A stretch of DNA of 63,991 nucleotides, filler included, from Barthelona sp. PAP020 (Eukaryota): the NCBI GenBank assembly GCA_040182905.1. It is 5 parts of 5 records of this genome, joined end to end, with 100 filler letters (N's around TTAATTAATTAA, not from the genome) between each part and the next. Parts side by side here need not be neighbours in the genome. Positions count along the whole stretch, not along the records: positions 1 to 13,427 come from JARQWU010000325.1; positions 13,528 to 26,925 come from JARQWU010000326.1; 3 more parts are not named here. One strand, 5' to 3'. Below, one piece after another: positions 11,401-19,398 of the stretch. How positions within the stretch are numbered: the stretch's first letter is position 1; every line of letters starts with the position of its first letter. The position numbers and the translations under genes were made by a program. The notes under the pieces are model-generated. The model was not told where the DNA came from, made no database searches, and was given only the letters and a program-made list of their open reading frames with translations.

Positions 11401-12062
11401 CTGCATTTGTTCATGAACAATTTTATCTCGAATTATCTGATGAAGAACAAGAACAAGAGCAAGAACAAGAACAGAAGCAACATTATCAGCAAGATTATCA
11501 GCAAGGTTATCAACAGCAATCTCAAAATGAGACACGACAGAAATCAAACAATGTTAACCCAATTTTCTATTCAAAACCTCTCGCAAATCACAATAAAAAC
11601 ACGTGCATTGATCCGAATTGTGCAATATGTAGAGCTTTGTCGCAAATTAGACAATCTACCAATAGCATTCAATCAGATATCTCAAATGTCATGCCAGATA
11701 CAACCAGAAGTTCATCAAGAAAACAAACATTCCCCAAAACAAAGAAACACGGTGACATATTAAATCAGATCAGTCCTTACAGAGATGTCAGGAAAGAAGC
11801 ACTTTTTAATGTTCAAACAACAACTTTGAACAGAATACCAGTTCAAAGATCTTCTTCAGCTTGTTCAGGGCTATTGAAAACCGAGAGACAAAAGAAAAAA
11901 CAAAAAAATGAAATTTTTGCATTGTCCACCAATGATTCCAAGTTGATACAATCTTCTAGACCGACACGGCCACATACTAGCATGGATAGTAACTCTGTAA
12001 AGGTATCCACATTGGATTTGATGGACTTTACTTCGAAAATATTGACCTCCAAGAAGAAGTAA
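8472..12062 (+). CDS. Large coiled-coil protein with Ser/Arg-rich low-complexity region
   Basis: 1196-aa ATG ORF rich in E/K/Q/L heptads, with a central S/R tract and an EQ/Q tract. Family not recognised. Confidence 0.8.
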   Translation: MTNDIFNSDDECEKRLEEQRDYIRKLHNELSTIKQQLRQNESQTEFFKDQLDRRTNIMKEQRAEYYKQLMILKEQLYQRMRLGDGYQPDVLPDFGTNIDWEGNDEIAKQQRKELIRKEVQKKLNVALKEQANKLNEKHRNTQELLQNKLEQQKEDFQKESQMLESQLIEYQNKCEKNISDLQERNDEILHLRQDVTKLTKTNLDVESQLGDLQKTAQNDAKTAINNQILLDRLQKENKEKDLTIQSYENDLIQLQQQIKDVEMVKKAEFDKIQKQFDEKNHVQAESQSELTDRVNKLNKTIDILSLELDTSQEHEKSLEDELQHANLEIEKLRDHINTLNEDLKEVDAADASTNQRLVDSFNTMASLREQLAAKNKETKMQLEKIVELENEVFDLRNDISLVERPISSVNESDLVSSNNRNVENLDYKENVEVQSLKKENERLMQAKINLQKEIDILKRKNQTLLQQLDMGMLEASIHDTMSVQDQLDDIIVIQQNGMSSKEIDEVSEKTGVDVRSISSRSMRNSSSRCMLSPNNPGSTSVLDSARSSRTSKTDRTDSGDKDGLLSNRSSSRSSRRSSSRASTKTRPDSSSGSRSSRSQTKTPKSRGKDRDNQKASARSDRRIRKKDLKTVSVGVQVPSIDANVDNLLDNENVDVDIVYKDGHVDVDDTIDQADLSSFVSDQDGYISDIPSYLIVENRELKKQLEIIEEQAKLHSDQMGNLRDENSDLANHVIEITVENETLSSALIDAKHLITELEERLKNKEFESGKKVPISQFYEKKEVSSSLDLDDTPQIHQDKPKRIVTSATSKNHVPPGDFVVGPGSNDPLSKTTEERNSSWQVKAKKVEDADIEMTIPPKQTLEQLQNAQNMLEHATRLANISVNQQEVYDNYRRHKDNLDEITAKKNAAKIALDTTNAIKTSYSKELQAKYKVFERLELRAKEQKVKMALKLKQIERERQRNLERVLAAVDLLYKPATPAFVHEQFYLELSDEEQEQEQEQEQKQHYQQDYQQGYQQQSQNETRQKSNNVNPIFYSKPLANHNKNTCIDPNCAICRALSQIRQSTNSIQSDISNVMPDTTRSSSRKQTFPKTKKHGDILNQISPYRDVRKEALFNVQTTTLNRIPVQRSSSACSGLLKTERQKKKQKNEIFALSTNDSKLIQSSRPTRPHTSMDSNSVKVSTLDLMDFTSKILTSKKK

Positions 12063-12355
12063 TAATATCTGAGATGTACATAGCGTCTCTTTCACTTTTG
12101 TAAAGTTGTTTCTTGAATTGTTTTTTTCTAACTTTTATAATTGTTGTTCTTTTGGTAGATATATGTGTGTGACAATGCATGTTTAAAAAATTGGATTATG
12201 ATTTTACTTTTTCTTTTTTTAATTTGTTTTTGAATTATTCAAGAATATCGTGAAAAATTCAAACCAAGTAAAAGTGAAAAGTTATGTTGGAGTTCCTTTC
12301 CGGGTAAGGTTCCAATTTTAGATTTGATTTTTTAGATTTTTTTTTTGTTCAAAAA

Positions 12356-12841
12356 ATGAATTGCGGACCACCTTATGGAATGGGAATGAATCAACCTATG
12401 GGACCTCAACCTGGAATGATGGGACAACCTGGAATGATGATGGGTCAACCTGGAATGATGGGACAACCTGGTATGATGGGACAACCTGGTATGATGGGAC
12501 AATCTGGAATGATTATGGGTCAACCTGGAATGATGGGTCAACCTGGTATGATGATGGGACAACCTGGTATGATGGGACAACCTGGAGTTATGGGAAATCC
12601 TGTTATGGGAGCACCTGTTGTGAATCCTGTGGGAAATGCTGTTGTTGGAGGAATAGTTGGTGCTGTTGACGGATTTATTTCAGCCGTTAACCATGCTCAT
12701 CACCCTCATCATCATGTTGGACTTCATCATGATGTTGGATTTCATCATCATCATGTTGGAAATCATCATCATCATCATGGACCACATCATGGACCTCATC
12801 ATGGACCTCATCATGGACCTCATGGACCTCACTTTTTCTAA
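12356..12841 (+). CDS. Small repeat protein: about 10 x GQPGMM(M), a short apolar segment, then a His-rich tail with GPHH repeats
   Basis: 161-aa ATG ORF after an A-run. Third-position variation between repeat units (gga/ggt) supports this reading frame. Confidence 0.8.
   Translation: MNCGPPYGMGMNQPMGPQPGMMGQPGMMMGQPGMMGQPGMMGQPGMMGQSGMIMGQPGMMGQPGMMMGQPGMMGQPGVMGNPVMGAPVVNPVGNAVVGGIVGAVDGFISAVNHAHHPHHHVGLHHDVGFHHHHVGNHHHHHGPHHGPHHGPHHGPHGPHFF
12408..12586 (+). repeat. Coding tandem repeat, 18/21-bp unit (caacctggwatgatg[atg]ggw)
   Basis: About 10 imperfect copies visible. Confidence 0.9.
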
Positions 12842-13231
12842 AGATTGTGATATTTTACAGAGTTGTACAGATTATTTTTTTTTGCCTTTCAAATTTTCTT
12901 TTTGAAGTCAAATTTGCAAGTAAATATAGTTATTTTTTTGTTTTTTGGATATCTGTTTGCTTATTTTTGCACTTTCAGTAAATTTATTCATTTTAAACAA
13001 AAATAATTGGGTGATTAATTCAAAATATCATATGTATCTTGAAAAATTGAATTTTTATCAAATCTCTTCATTATAATTGATTGATTTGTTTTGTTGTGTT
13101 CATTGGTCAATTCTTTCTTCAATTTTTTGTTGTTTATAAATTTAAATAGTATTACGTTACGCGTCTTTGTGTTTTTGAATGGACTAGGACAGTTTTTCAT
13201 TTCTTTTGACAAGATTTTATTATTCTTTGAG

Positions 13232-13427
13232 ATGATTGATTTAAATCCATTAATTTTGGGTAATTTAAAGGATAGATTTAACATTGATTCCCTTTATGAT
13301 ATTCAAGAGACATTATTAGAAACAATTCTAAAGTTTAACATTAAACAACACAATCATTCCAATGAATTTTATCATGATATTATATTATGTGCACCCACCG
13401 GATCTGGTAAGACATTAGCTTTTGCAT
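13232..13427 (+). CDS. DEAD-box RNA helicase, 5' fragment cut by contig end (possibly DDX51/Dbp6-like)
   Basis: Q motif (LYDIQ) and motif I DIILCAPTGSGKTLAFA run into the gap. Confidence 0.75.
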
Positions 13428-13527
13428 NNNNNNNNNNNNNNNNNNNNNNNNNNNNNNNNNNNNNNNNNNNNTTAATTAATTAANNNNNNNNNNNNNNNNN
13501 NNNNNNNNNNNNNNNNNNNNNNNNNNN
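13428..13527. other. Artificial contig spacer N44-TTAATTAATTAA-N44
   Basis: 100-nt gap with a six-frame-stop linker at 13472-13483. Confidence 0.97.
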
Positions 13528-13528
13528 T

Positions 13529-13702
13529 GCGGAGAAGCAAAGAAGATATGAAGAGGAAAAAAGGAGGGATCGTGATATTGATGAGGAGATTCAACAAAGT
13601 CGTTTGGAAACAGATCGTAGATTCCAATACGAAAAGAGTTTAATTGAAAGAGACTTAAACAATGCTCGCAGAAGTTTACGAAACAAAAACATATTCATGT
13701 AA
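13529..13702 (+). CDS. 3' fragment of a charged (E/R/K-rich) protein, cut by contig start
   Basis: Open frame AEKQRRYEEEKRRDRDIDEE...KNIFM* from the contig start, followed by an AT-rich 3' region. Confidence 0.6.
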   Translation, partial: AEKQRRYEEEKRRDRDIDEEIQQSRLETDRRFQYEKSLIERDLNNARRSLRNKNIFM

Positions 13703-14204
13703 AGACATTTATTTGAAGGCATAACTGTAACTGTAAAATTTTTTCAAAAATATTTTGTAAACAACTTGTGTTTTCTTTTTGATGAAAGTAATTAGAAATA
13801 ATATAAAATATAAACAGTTTTTTATTATATTTGATCTTTGATGAAAATGGAACGATCAAAAAGAAGAAATTGAGCTGGGATGATAAAAAAAAAAGGTCCT
13901 TCAATACTTTGATTAAACATCAATTGTCATGGTTTGGTTTAAATAGGTCTTTCTTTATATGTTTCTTGGTTTGGAAATAAAGTCAAGACAAAAAAAAGAA
14001 ACAAATTATGAATTTAAAAGAGGCTTTCAACTTTTCATTATTCCAATTTTTCTAAATGGTAAAAGTATCAATCAGATAGAGAAAAGACATTTCTTCCCGA
14101 AAAATCTTGTGTTAATCCCATAGAAAGAGAAAAATTTTAACTTTGAAATTACACAACAATTTAGTTTCATTTCAAAAAACCATAAAATCTAATTATTTGA
14201 ATAG

Positions 14205-15176
14205 TTAAACTTCTTTTTGCTCAGGATCTTCTAAAGGTGAACTCCCATGAAGATGATTAAGACACAATTCAAAAACACCGAAGCACAACACAATGAAACC
14301 ACAAATAAAATATCCTATCTCTTTTATTGACATATCTACCCATTCTTTGAAAAAGAAAATCCCATTTAACATGGCAAAAAGAACTAAGGAAACAAAATAG
14401 ACAGGACTTACAATCGTTTGGTCATAATTTTTTATGCTCCTTTGAAGAAAATGATTTTGAGTGATTAATGTGAAAAACATTACCAAAATGACAACGTATG
14501 AAATGAAATCAAAAAATTGATTGTTCCCATCAATAGTTTGAGTGACTAATTGAGAAGAAGACTTTCCTAAAATGCTTCCGAAGGCTCCAATTGCGCCAGG
14601 GAGTAATGTTGAAAGAATAGAATTATTTATTGAGAAAAATTGAGTCAAACCTAACCCAATTATTATCAATAGAATCATTATTAAATATTTTCCAGAAAGA
14701 TTTTGAACTCGAAAATTATTCTTCAAACTTTCCACTGTTTGAAATTTATTTACCGGATTTGCAAAAAATACGATTAATGTTACCCCTAACAATATAAATG
14801 TAGTTCCCGTCAGATCATAATGAGATATTGTTTCATGATTGACTTTTCTGGCCACAATCAAATTTACTACCAAACCCAATGACCCAATAGGTAAAGCAAT
14901 TGAAATGGGGAGATAAGAAAGCGCAATAAAATCTAAAAAAACACCCGACAAGAAAATGGAAAAAGTCAACCACCAAGCAGGGATTTTATAGTATGGTACA
15001 GAAGTTGTTTCCTCTTCAACTGTTTCATTTGAATCTTCAATAACACTTTTTGTTTTGTCTATTTCTTCACTCTTTGTTGAATTTTGATTGAGAGTTCTTT
15101 TCATCAACCCCAATCCAACATTTTGTAAACTAGTCGCTAATAATCCTAATATGACACCCAATGTGAATGTATTCAT
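14205..15176 (-). CDS. NIPA-family (DMT superfamily) Mg2+ transporter-like membrane protein
   Basis: About 9 hydrophobic segments. NVGLGLMKR, YYKIPAWW, FIALSYLPISIALPIGSL, DQTIVSPVYFV and GIFFFKEW fit the NIPA pattern. Confidence 0.85.
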   Translation of the reverse strand: MNTFTLGVILGLLATSLQNVGLGLMKRTLNQNSTKSEEIDKTKSVIEDSNETVEEETTSVPYYKIPAWWLTFSIFLSGVFLDFIALSYLPISIALPIGSLGLVVNLIVARKVNHETISHYDLTGTTFILLGVTLIVFFANPVNKFQTVESLKNNFRVQNLSGKYLIMILLIIIGLGLTQFFSINNSILSTLLPGAIGAFGSILGKSSSQLVTQTIDGNNQFFDFISYVVILVMFFTLITQNHFLQRSIKNYDQTIVSPVYFVSLVLFAMLNGIFFFKEWVDMSIKEIGYFICGFIVLCFGVFELCLNHLHGSSPLEDPEQKEV

Positions 15177-15308
15177 ATATCAACTCATTAAATATTGGCA
15201 AACAAGCCATAAAATATTTACGAATGGTAAGACTGTAAAAAAAAAAAAAAATGAAAATGTACATTTTTATTCAAATAAAACAATCACGATCAATATTCGA
15301 ATAAAAAA

Positions 15309-17027
15309 TTATCTGTTATTTGCCTTTGAAGATGATTTAGGTCTTGATAAAGGCTTAACACTTGTTGAGTTATTTGACGAAACAGATATTGATGAAGTGG
15401 ATTTTGGTCTGGAGGATGATCTCGAAGACCTAGTTCTGGTCCTAATGTTGCCCATATCTTGTGGATATTCGTCATCAAATTTCCAAGAAAACAAACCTGG
15501 CGCCGTAACCGATTTTTTTCCAGCAACTACCACTTTTGGATGCTGTTTAAAAACTTCAGGTTTCAGATTCTTTTGTTTATCAAATGTTTTTATTGATTTT
15601 TCGTCGTGAGTAATTGTGCTTTTCTGTGTATCTTTGGAAACAAAATTATCTTTATCACTGGAAATATCCCCTGAATCTGAGTCAAAATTCAAAATATCCC
15701 TTTGTAATCCGAGTAAATACAACTTCTTTTTCAAATCTATTTTTTCATCAGAAACTTTGGAATATTCCAACCAATTGTCCGCTAATTCTGTTAGATCTTT
15801 GGCGATCAAATTATCTGCTGTATCAATGGCCTGATTATGAATATATAATACATCTATTGTGGGAATTTCTTCTACTTTAGGAACAACTCTAGGCTTGGGT
15901 GGTTCTATGGGATCATTAGGAGATAAATTAGATAAAATTTCTCTTCTTTGTTCAATAACATCAGTGAATTCCTTCAAAAAATCAACAAATTCGAATTGTG
16001 AATCATAAGATTTTGGTATCAATGGGTCTGATTCTGTAGGTTGCAAAAAATTTGAGGGTATTCCCAAATCAGCAGCAAATCTACTTCTCTCATCTTTTTC
16101 TTGGTCAATCGAATTCTCCTGGTTCACATTTACAGCAATAACCCCATCAATATATTGTAACGAAGGTAAGATCCGATGGATTACATTAATATATGACTTT
16201 TGAGAAGTGATAGGGGAGCCATCTAAATCTAAAGAAAACAAGGCCAAATTGTTTAATTTATGAAATGATGCAGGACGTTTGATATTGGTGTTAAGCAACG
16301 AAATTTCTTCCAAATTTTCAAAGATACACAATCTTGAGATATCTTCAACAGGATTCATAGACAAATTAATTTCCCTCAAAGCCTTTATCCGTGGTAAATT
16401 CTGTAGCAGAGAATCATCAATACCACAATTGGAAAGATTCAATGAAAACAACTTTTTCAAATGTTTTAAAAAATCAAAATTTCGCAATTTTATGCCTGAA
16501 AGGTTCAATTCATTCAAATTACCCGGCAAAAACCCATCAGGAATCATTTGAATTTTTGTTTGGCTGAGATCTAAATATTTAAGTTTAGGAGTATTCAAAT
16601 AATGAATATTAACGATAGGATTATTACTAATATCCAACGTTTCTAAGTTGGGCATTTCTAAATTAATAGTTTCAATGGCATTTTTTGAAACTATCAACGT
16701 CTCAAGGTTTAATAATGCATTAATTGCATCAACACTACAAATACTGTTGTTAGAAGCGATTAATTTTTGTAAAGAAACGATTTCCACAATTTCCTCCAGG
16801 CTATTAACATGGTTATCGGTAATTTTTAAAACCTTCAAAGATTTCATTTCTTTTATGTCATTTAAATGGGAAAATTCATTAAATGAGAGATTCAATATTT
16901 GTAATTTCGGAAATGTTGCTGCTTGTGGAAATCGACTTATTTCTAATCTTGATAAATTCAACTGTTCACATTCGAGTGGTGTATCATTTCCCAAACGTTC
17001 TAACAAAACATGAGGTGGGAGTGACAT
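15309..17027 (-). CDS. Leucine-rich repeat protein (SDS22-like LRRs, LRRcap, low-complexity C-terminus)
   Basis: Repeated LxxLxLSxNxI and the cap LDLDGSPI...YINVIHRILPSLQYIDG. The likely start is ATG 17027 (MSLPPH); the upstream extension overlaps the opposite-strand gene. Confidence 0.88.
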   Translation of the reverse strand: MSLPPHVLLERLGNDTPLECEQLNLSRLEISRFPQAATFPKLQILNLSFNEFSHLNDIKEMKSLKVLKITDNHVNSLEEIVEIVSLQKLIASNNSICSVDAINALLNLETLIVSKNAIETINLEMPNLETLDISNNPIVNIHYLNTPKLKYLDLSQTKIQMIPDGFLPGNLNELNLSGIKLRNFDFLKHLKKLFSLNLSNCGIDDSLLQNLPRIKALREINLSMNPVEDISRLCIFENLEEISLLNTNIKRPASFHKLNNLALFSLDLDGSPITSQKSYINVIHRILPSLQYIDGVIAVNVNQENSIDQEKDERSRFAADLGIPSNFLQPTESDPLIPKSYDSQFEFVDFLKEFTDVIEQRREILSNLSPNDPIEPPKPRVVPKVEEIPTIDVLYIHNQAIDTADNLIAKDLTELADNWLEYSKVSDEKIDLKKKLYLLGLQRDILNFDSDSGDISSDKDNFVSKDTQKSTITHDEKSIKTFDKQKNLKPEVFKQHPKVVVAGKKSVTAPGLFSWKFDDEYPQDMGNIRTRTRSSRSSSRPKSTSSISVSSNNSTSVKPLSRPKSSSKANNR

Positions 17028-17089
17028 ATAAAATACATTCACTTCAAAAATTGTTTTTTTTTTATCATTACAAACAATCATTGTCTCTA

Positions 17090-17605
17090 ATGAGTGATGC
17101 TGAATCGAAATTAGCTCAAGAATTAAGCTCAATTCCAATTGCCAATTTGATGAGTACTCCTTTGCTTGCTGCCAATGAAGCCAATCAAATATTGCAACAA
17201 AATACCATCGATTTTTTACAAAACATTCAATCAAACACAATTACTTTTGATATTCCAGGTGAAGATCCAATTGAAGCTCCTTTCCTTTCTTTGGTCAATA
17301 TTCCTTCTTTAGCTGTGAAGGATGTTGATGTTGATTTCGCAATGGAAGTTAAACAAACAACTCAAAATGATGATGGGGATATTGGAATGTCAGGATCTGT
17401 TAGTTCCAGTAAAGGATCACAGAGAAAGACAGACAGCGTTGCTAAATATAATATACATATATCAGCACGAGATGATGGCCCTTCTGAAGGGTTATCTCGT
17501 TTGATCAATATTGTGAATTCAAAAATTGCCCCAAGTGAAGCTTCAAGGACCTCTGGTCAATCTCAACCATCAACTACCAATCAACAAACAGGAGATGTTG
17601 TCTAA
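17090..17605 (+). CDS. DUF2589-like protein, copy 1 (171 aa, short hairpin)
   Basis: LSSIPIANLMSTPLLAANEA...DFL, PFLSLVNIPSLAVKDVDVDFAMEVK, TDSVAKYNIHISA, PSEGLSRLINIV. Matches the DUF2589 consensus as I recall it. Confidence 0.82.
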   Translation: MSDAESKLAQELSSIPIANLMSTPLLAANEANQILQQNTIDFLQNIQSNTITFDIPGEDPIEAPFLSLVNIPSLAVKDVDVDFAMEVKQTTQNDDGDIGMSGSVSSSKGSQRKTDSVAKYNIHISARDDGPSEGLSRLINIVNSKIAPSEASRTSGQSQPSTTNQQTGDVV

Positions 17606-17779
17606 GACCTTTTAAATGCTTAGTCTTTTTTTTTCTTTATTTTATAAAATTATGTAAATTTATCATATTTTGTTTCCATACTTTCAACAATTGATGAAAA
17701 CTGATTCAATAATTTTGAAAAAAAAAAAATTTTTTTTTTCTATAGTTTTTCTTTGTTTAGACTCTTTAAATTATTAACA

Positions 17780-18313
17780 ATGAATCAGCTCAGCGGTCTT
17801 CCTATGGATCATATGATTGGAGCTCCAATCCAAGAAGCTTTTACTGCCCAAATTGCCTTATGTCAACAATCAGTCGAGTTTATCAATAATGTTGCTTTTA
17901 AAAACAATGGAAAGGCAACCAGCGGTGCTGTTGAACTAAAGACCTCTAAAGTTACAATTGGAAACAAAACAATTGATGTACCTGATATTTCTTTGGTACA
18001 TGTCCCTAATCTTCAAATCCAGTCTGTTGAAGTCGAATTTGATTTGCAAATTAACACAGCATCTACTACATCAGTCGGACTTGATGCCACCGTTTCTGGA
18101 GGTTGCAATGTTGGTGTTGCTTCCATGTCTTGTTCAGTGACAACCAACGTTCAATCAACTCGTTCTACTGATTCCTCAGCCAAATATAATGTTTCTGTTG
18201 TTGCAAAAAGACGTGAAGCCCCTGAAGGTTTAGGTCGTTTGTATAACTTGTGTTCTTCTCTCATTCCTACTACTTTGCCCACTGAAGAAACAACAACAAC
18301 TACAACTGAATAA
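17780..18313 (+). CDS. DUF2589-like protein, copy 2 (177 aa)
   Basis: QLSGLPMDHMIGAPIQEAFTAQ...FINNVAF, VPDISLVHVPNLQIQSVEVEFDLQI, TRSTDSSAKYNVSV, PEGLGRL. Confidence 0.85.
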   Translation: MNQLSGLPMDHMIGAPIQEAFTAQIALCQQSVEFINNVAFKNNGKATSGAVELKTSKVTIGNKTIDVPDISLVHVPNLQIQSVEVEFDLQINTASTTSVGLDATVSGGCNVGVASMSCSVTTNVQSTRSTDSSAKYNVSVVAKRREAPEGLGRLYNLCSSLIPTTLPTEETTTTTTE

Positions 18314-18433
18314 TTCAAATAAATTTTTGTGTAATTTTTGTTGAGAAACTGGATGCAAACAAACATTGCAAAAAAACTGGTGGAATAAGAAATAAATAAT
18401 TTTATACACAATTTCTAAAAGCTGTTCTTCAAA

Positions 18434-19068
18434 TTATTCAGTGGTTTCAGTCTCTTCATCAGGAATATTTTCAGGAATGAGTTTATTCAACATAGTTAAA
18501 ACACGAGATAAACCTTCTGAAGGGCCCAAATCTTTAGCATTTACATTGCAATGATACTTGGCAGAGGTGTCAGTTGAACGGGTATTTTTGTAAGCAGAAG
18601 AATAGGAAGATTTTGATTGATATTTTTGACGACACCACCAAGAACTTCTTGAATAACTACCACTAGATTGATAAGTAGATTGGGATGTATCAGATGCAGT
18701 ACTTTTAACTTCAGCTGTGAAATCAATATCAACTTCATCAACACACAATGATGGAAGATGTACAAGAGCCAAATTTGGAACTTCAATGGTAGCTTCAACT
18801 TGTTTTGCAGTAGCGCCGGAAGTGTCATCAAGCTTTATGGAAAAAGTAGTGTTTCTGGTTTTTCCATTTTCATCAAAACCAAATTGTTGAATAAAATCAA
18901 GGGCAATTTGAGCTGCTTCACCTTGTCCTGCGGCGATATCCATCAAAGGTTTGCCTATACATTAGAAATAAATCAATTCAAAAGAATACCAATTAATTGA
19001 CCAAAATCAAGAGCTCCAATAGTATTTTGAATGCCTTGATTTCCATATGCAATTTGACTGTCTGACAT
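18434..19068 (-). CDS. DUF2589-like protein, copy 3 (199 aa; exons 19068-18990 and 18954-18434)
   Basis: Splicing gives MSDSQIAYGNQGIQNTIGALDFGQLIG^KPLMDIAAGQ, restoring the LxF/MxxLIGxPL motif. Also VPNLALVHLPSLCVDEVDIDFTAEVK, NTRSTDTSAKYH, PSEGLSRVLTML. Confidence 0.85.
18955..18989 (-). other. 35-nt spliceosomal intron in DUF2589-like copy 3
   Basis: GTATTCTTTTGAATTGATTTATTTCTAATGTATAG: GT..AG with CTAAT branch-like site, phase 1, frame-restoring. Confidence 0.88.
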
Positions 19069-19398
19069 TTGGAAAAAAAAAAAAAAATTTGTAAAACCAA
19101 AAAATTCTCTTTGTAAATACTATGAGTATCAAACGGTTTCTCATTTATGTGTGTTCTTTTAAACAAAAAAGACTTTTCTATCATTGATCTGTTTTTGATA
19201 TTTTTTATGTTTTGGCTTCCTTGTTACAAATCTCGTAAGATCATTAAAAAAATTTGAAATCATCAATTTTAAAGTTCAAAAAGGCAATTGATACCGTTTT
19301 TAATGTTGTTTAATGAAATATTTTATAAGTGAACATCAAATAAAAAAGAAAATAAAAATATGCAATTATACATTTACATTCAAAAGAAATATAAAAAA

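Noticed and set aside
12408..12586. Possible CRISPR-like array
   Set aside because: Units are contiguous with no unique spacers, it is in-frame coding, and the context is eukaryotic with no cas genes.
12332..12905. Alternative-frame ORFs over the GQPGMM gene (SHHTRL, TTWNDG, MDLI repeats)
   Set aside because: They are shadows of the coding tandem repeat; synonymous-site variation supports only the GQPGMM frame.
13472..13483. TTAATTAATTAA palindrome recurring about every 13.4 kb as a biological periodic element
   Set aside because: Always centred in a 100-nt N-run; it is an assembly linker with stops in all six frames.
16883..17240. Apparent long overlap between the LRR ORF and the first DUF2589-like ORF
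   Set aside because: It disappears when the plausible ATGs (17027 on - and 17090 on +) are used; the extensions lack protein-like character.
17090..19068. Bacterial contamination as the source of the DUF2589-like genes
   Set aside because: They are internal to a contig with eukaryotic genes, have the same base composition and mixed orientation, and one copy has a spliceosomal intron.
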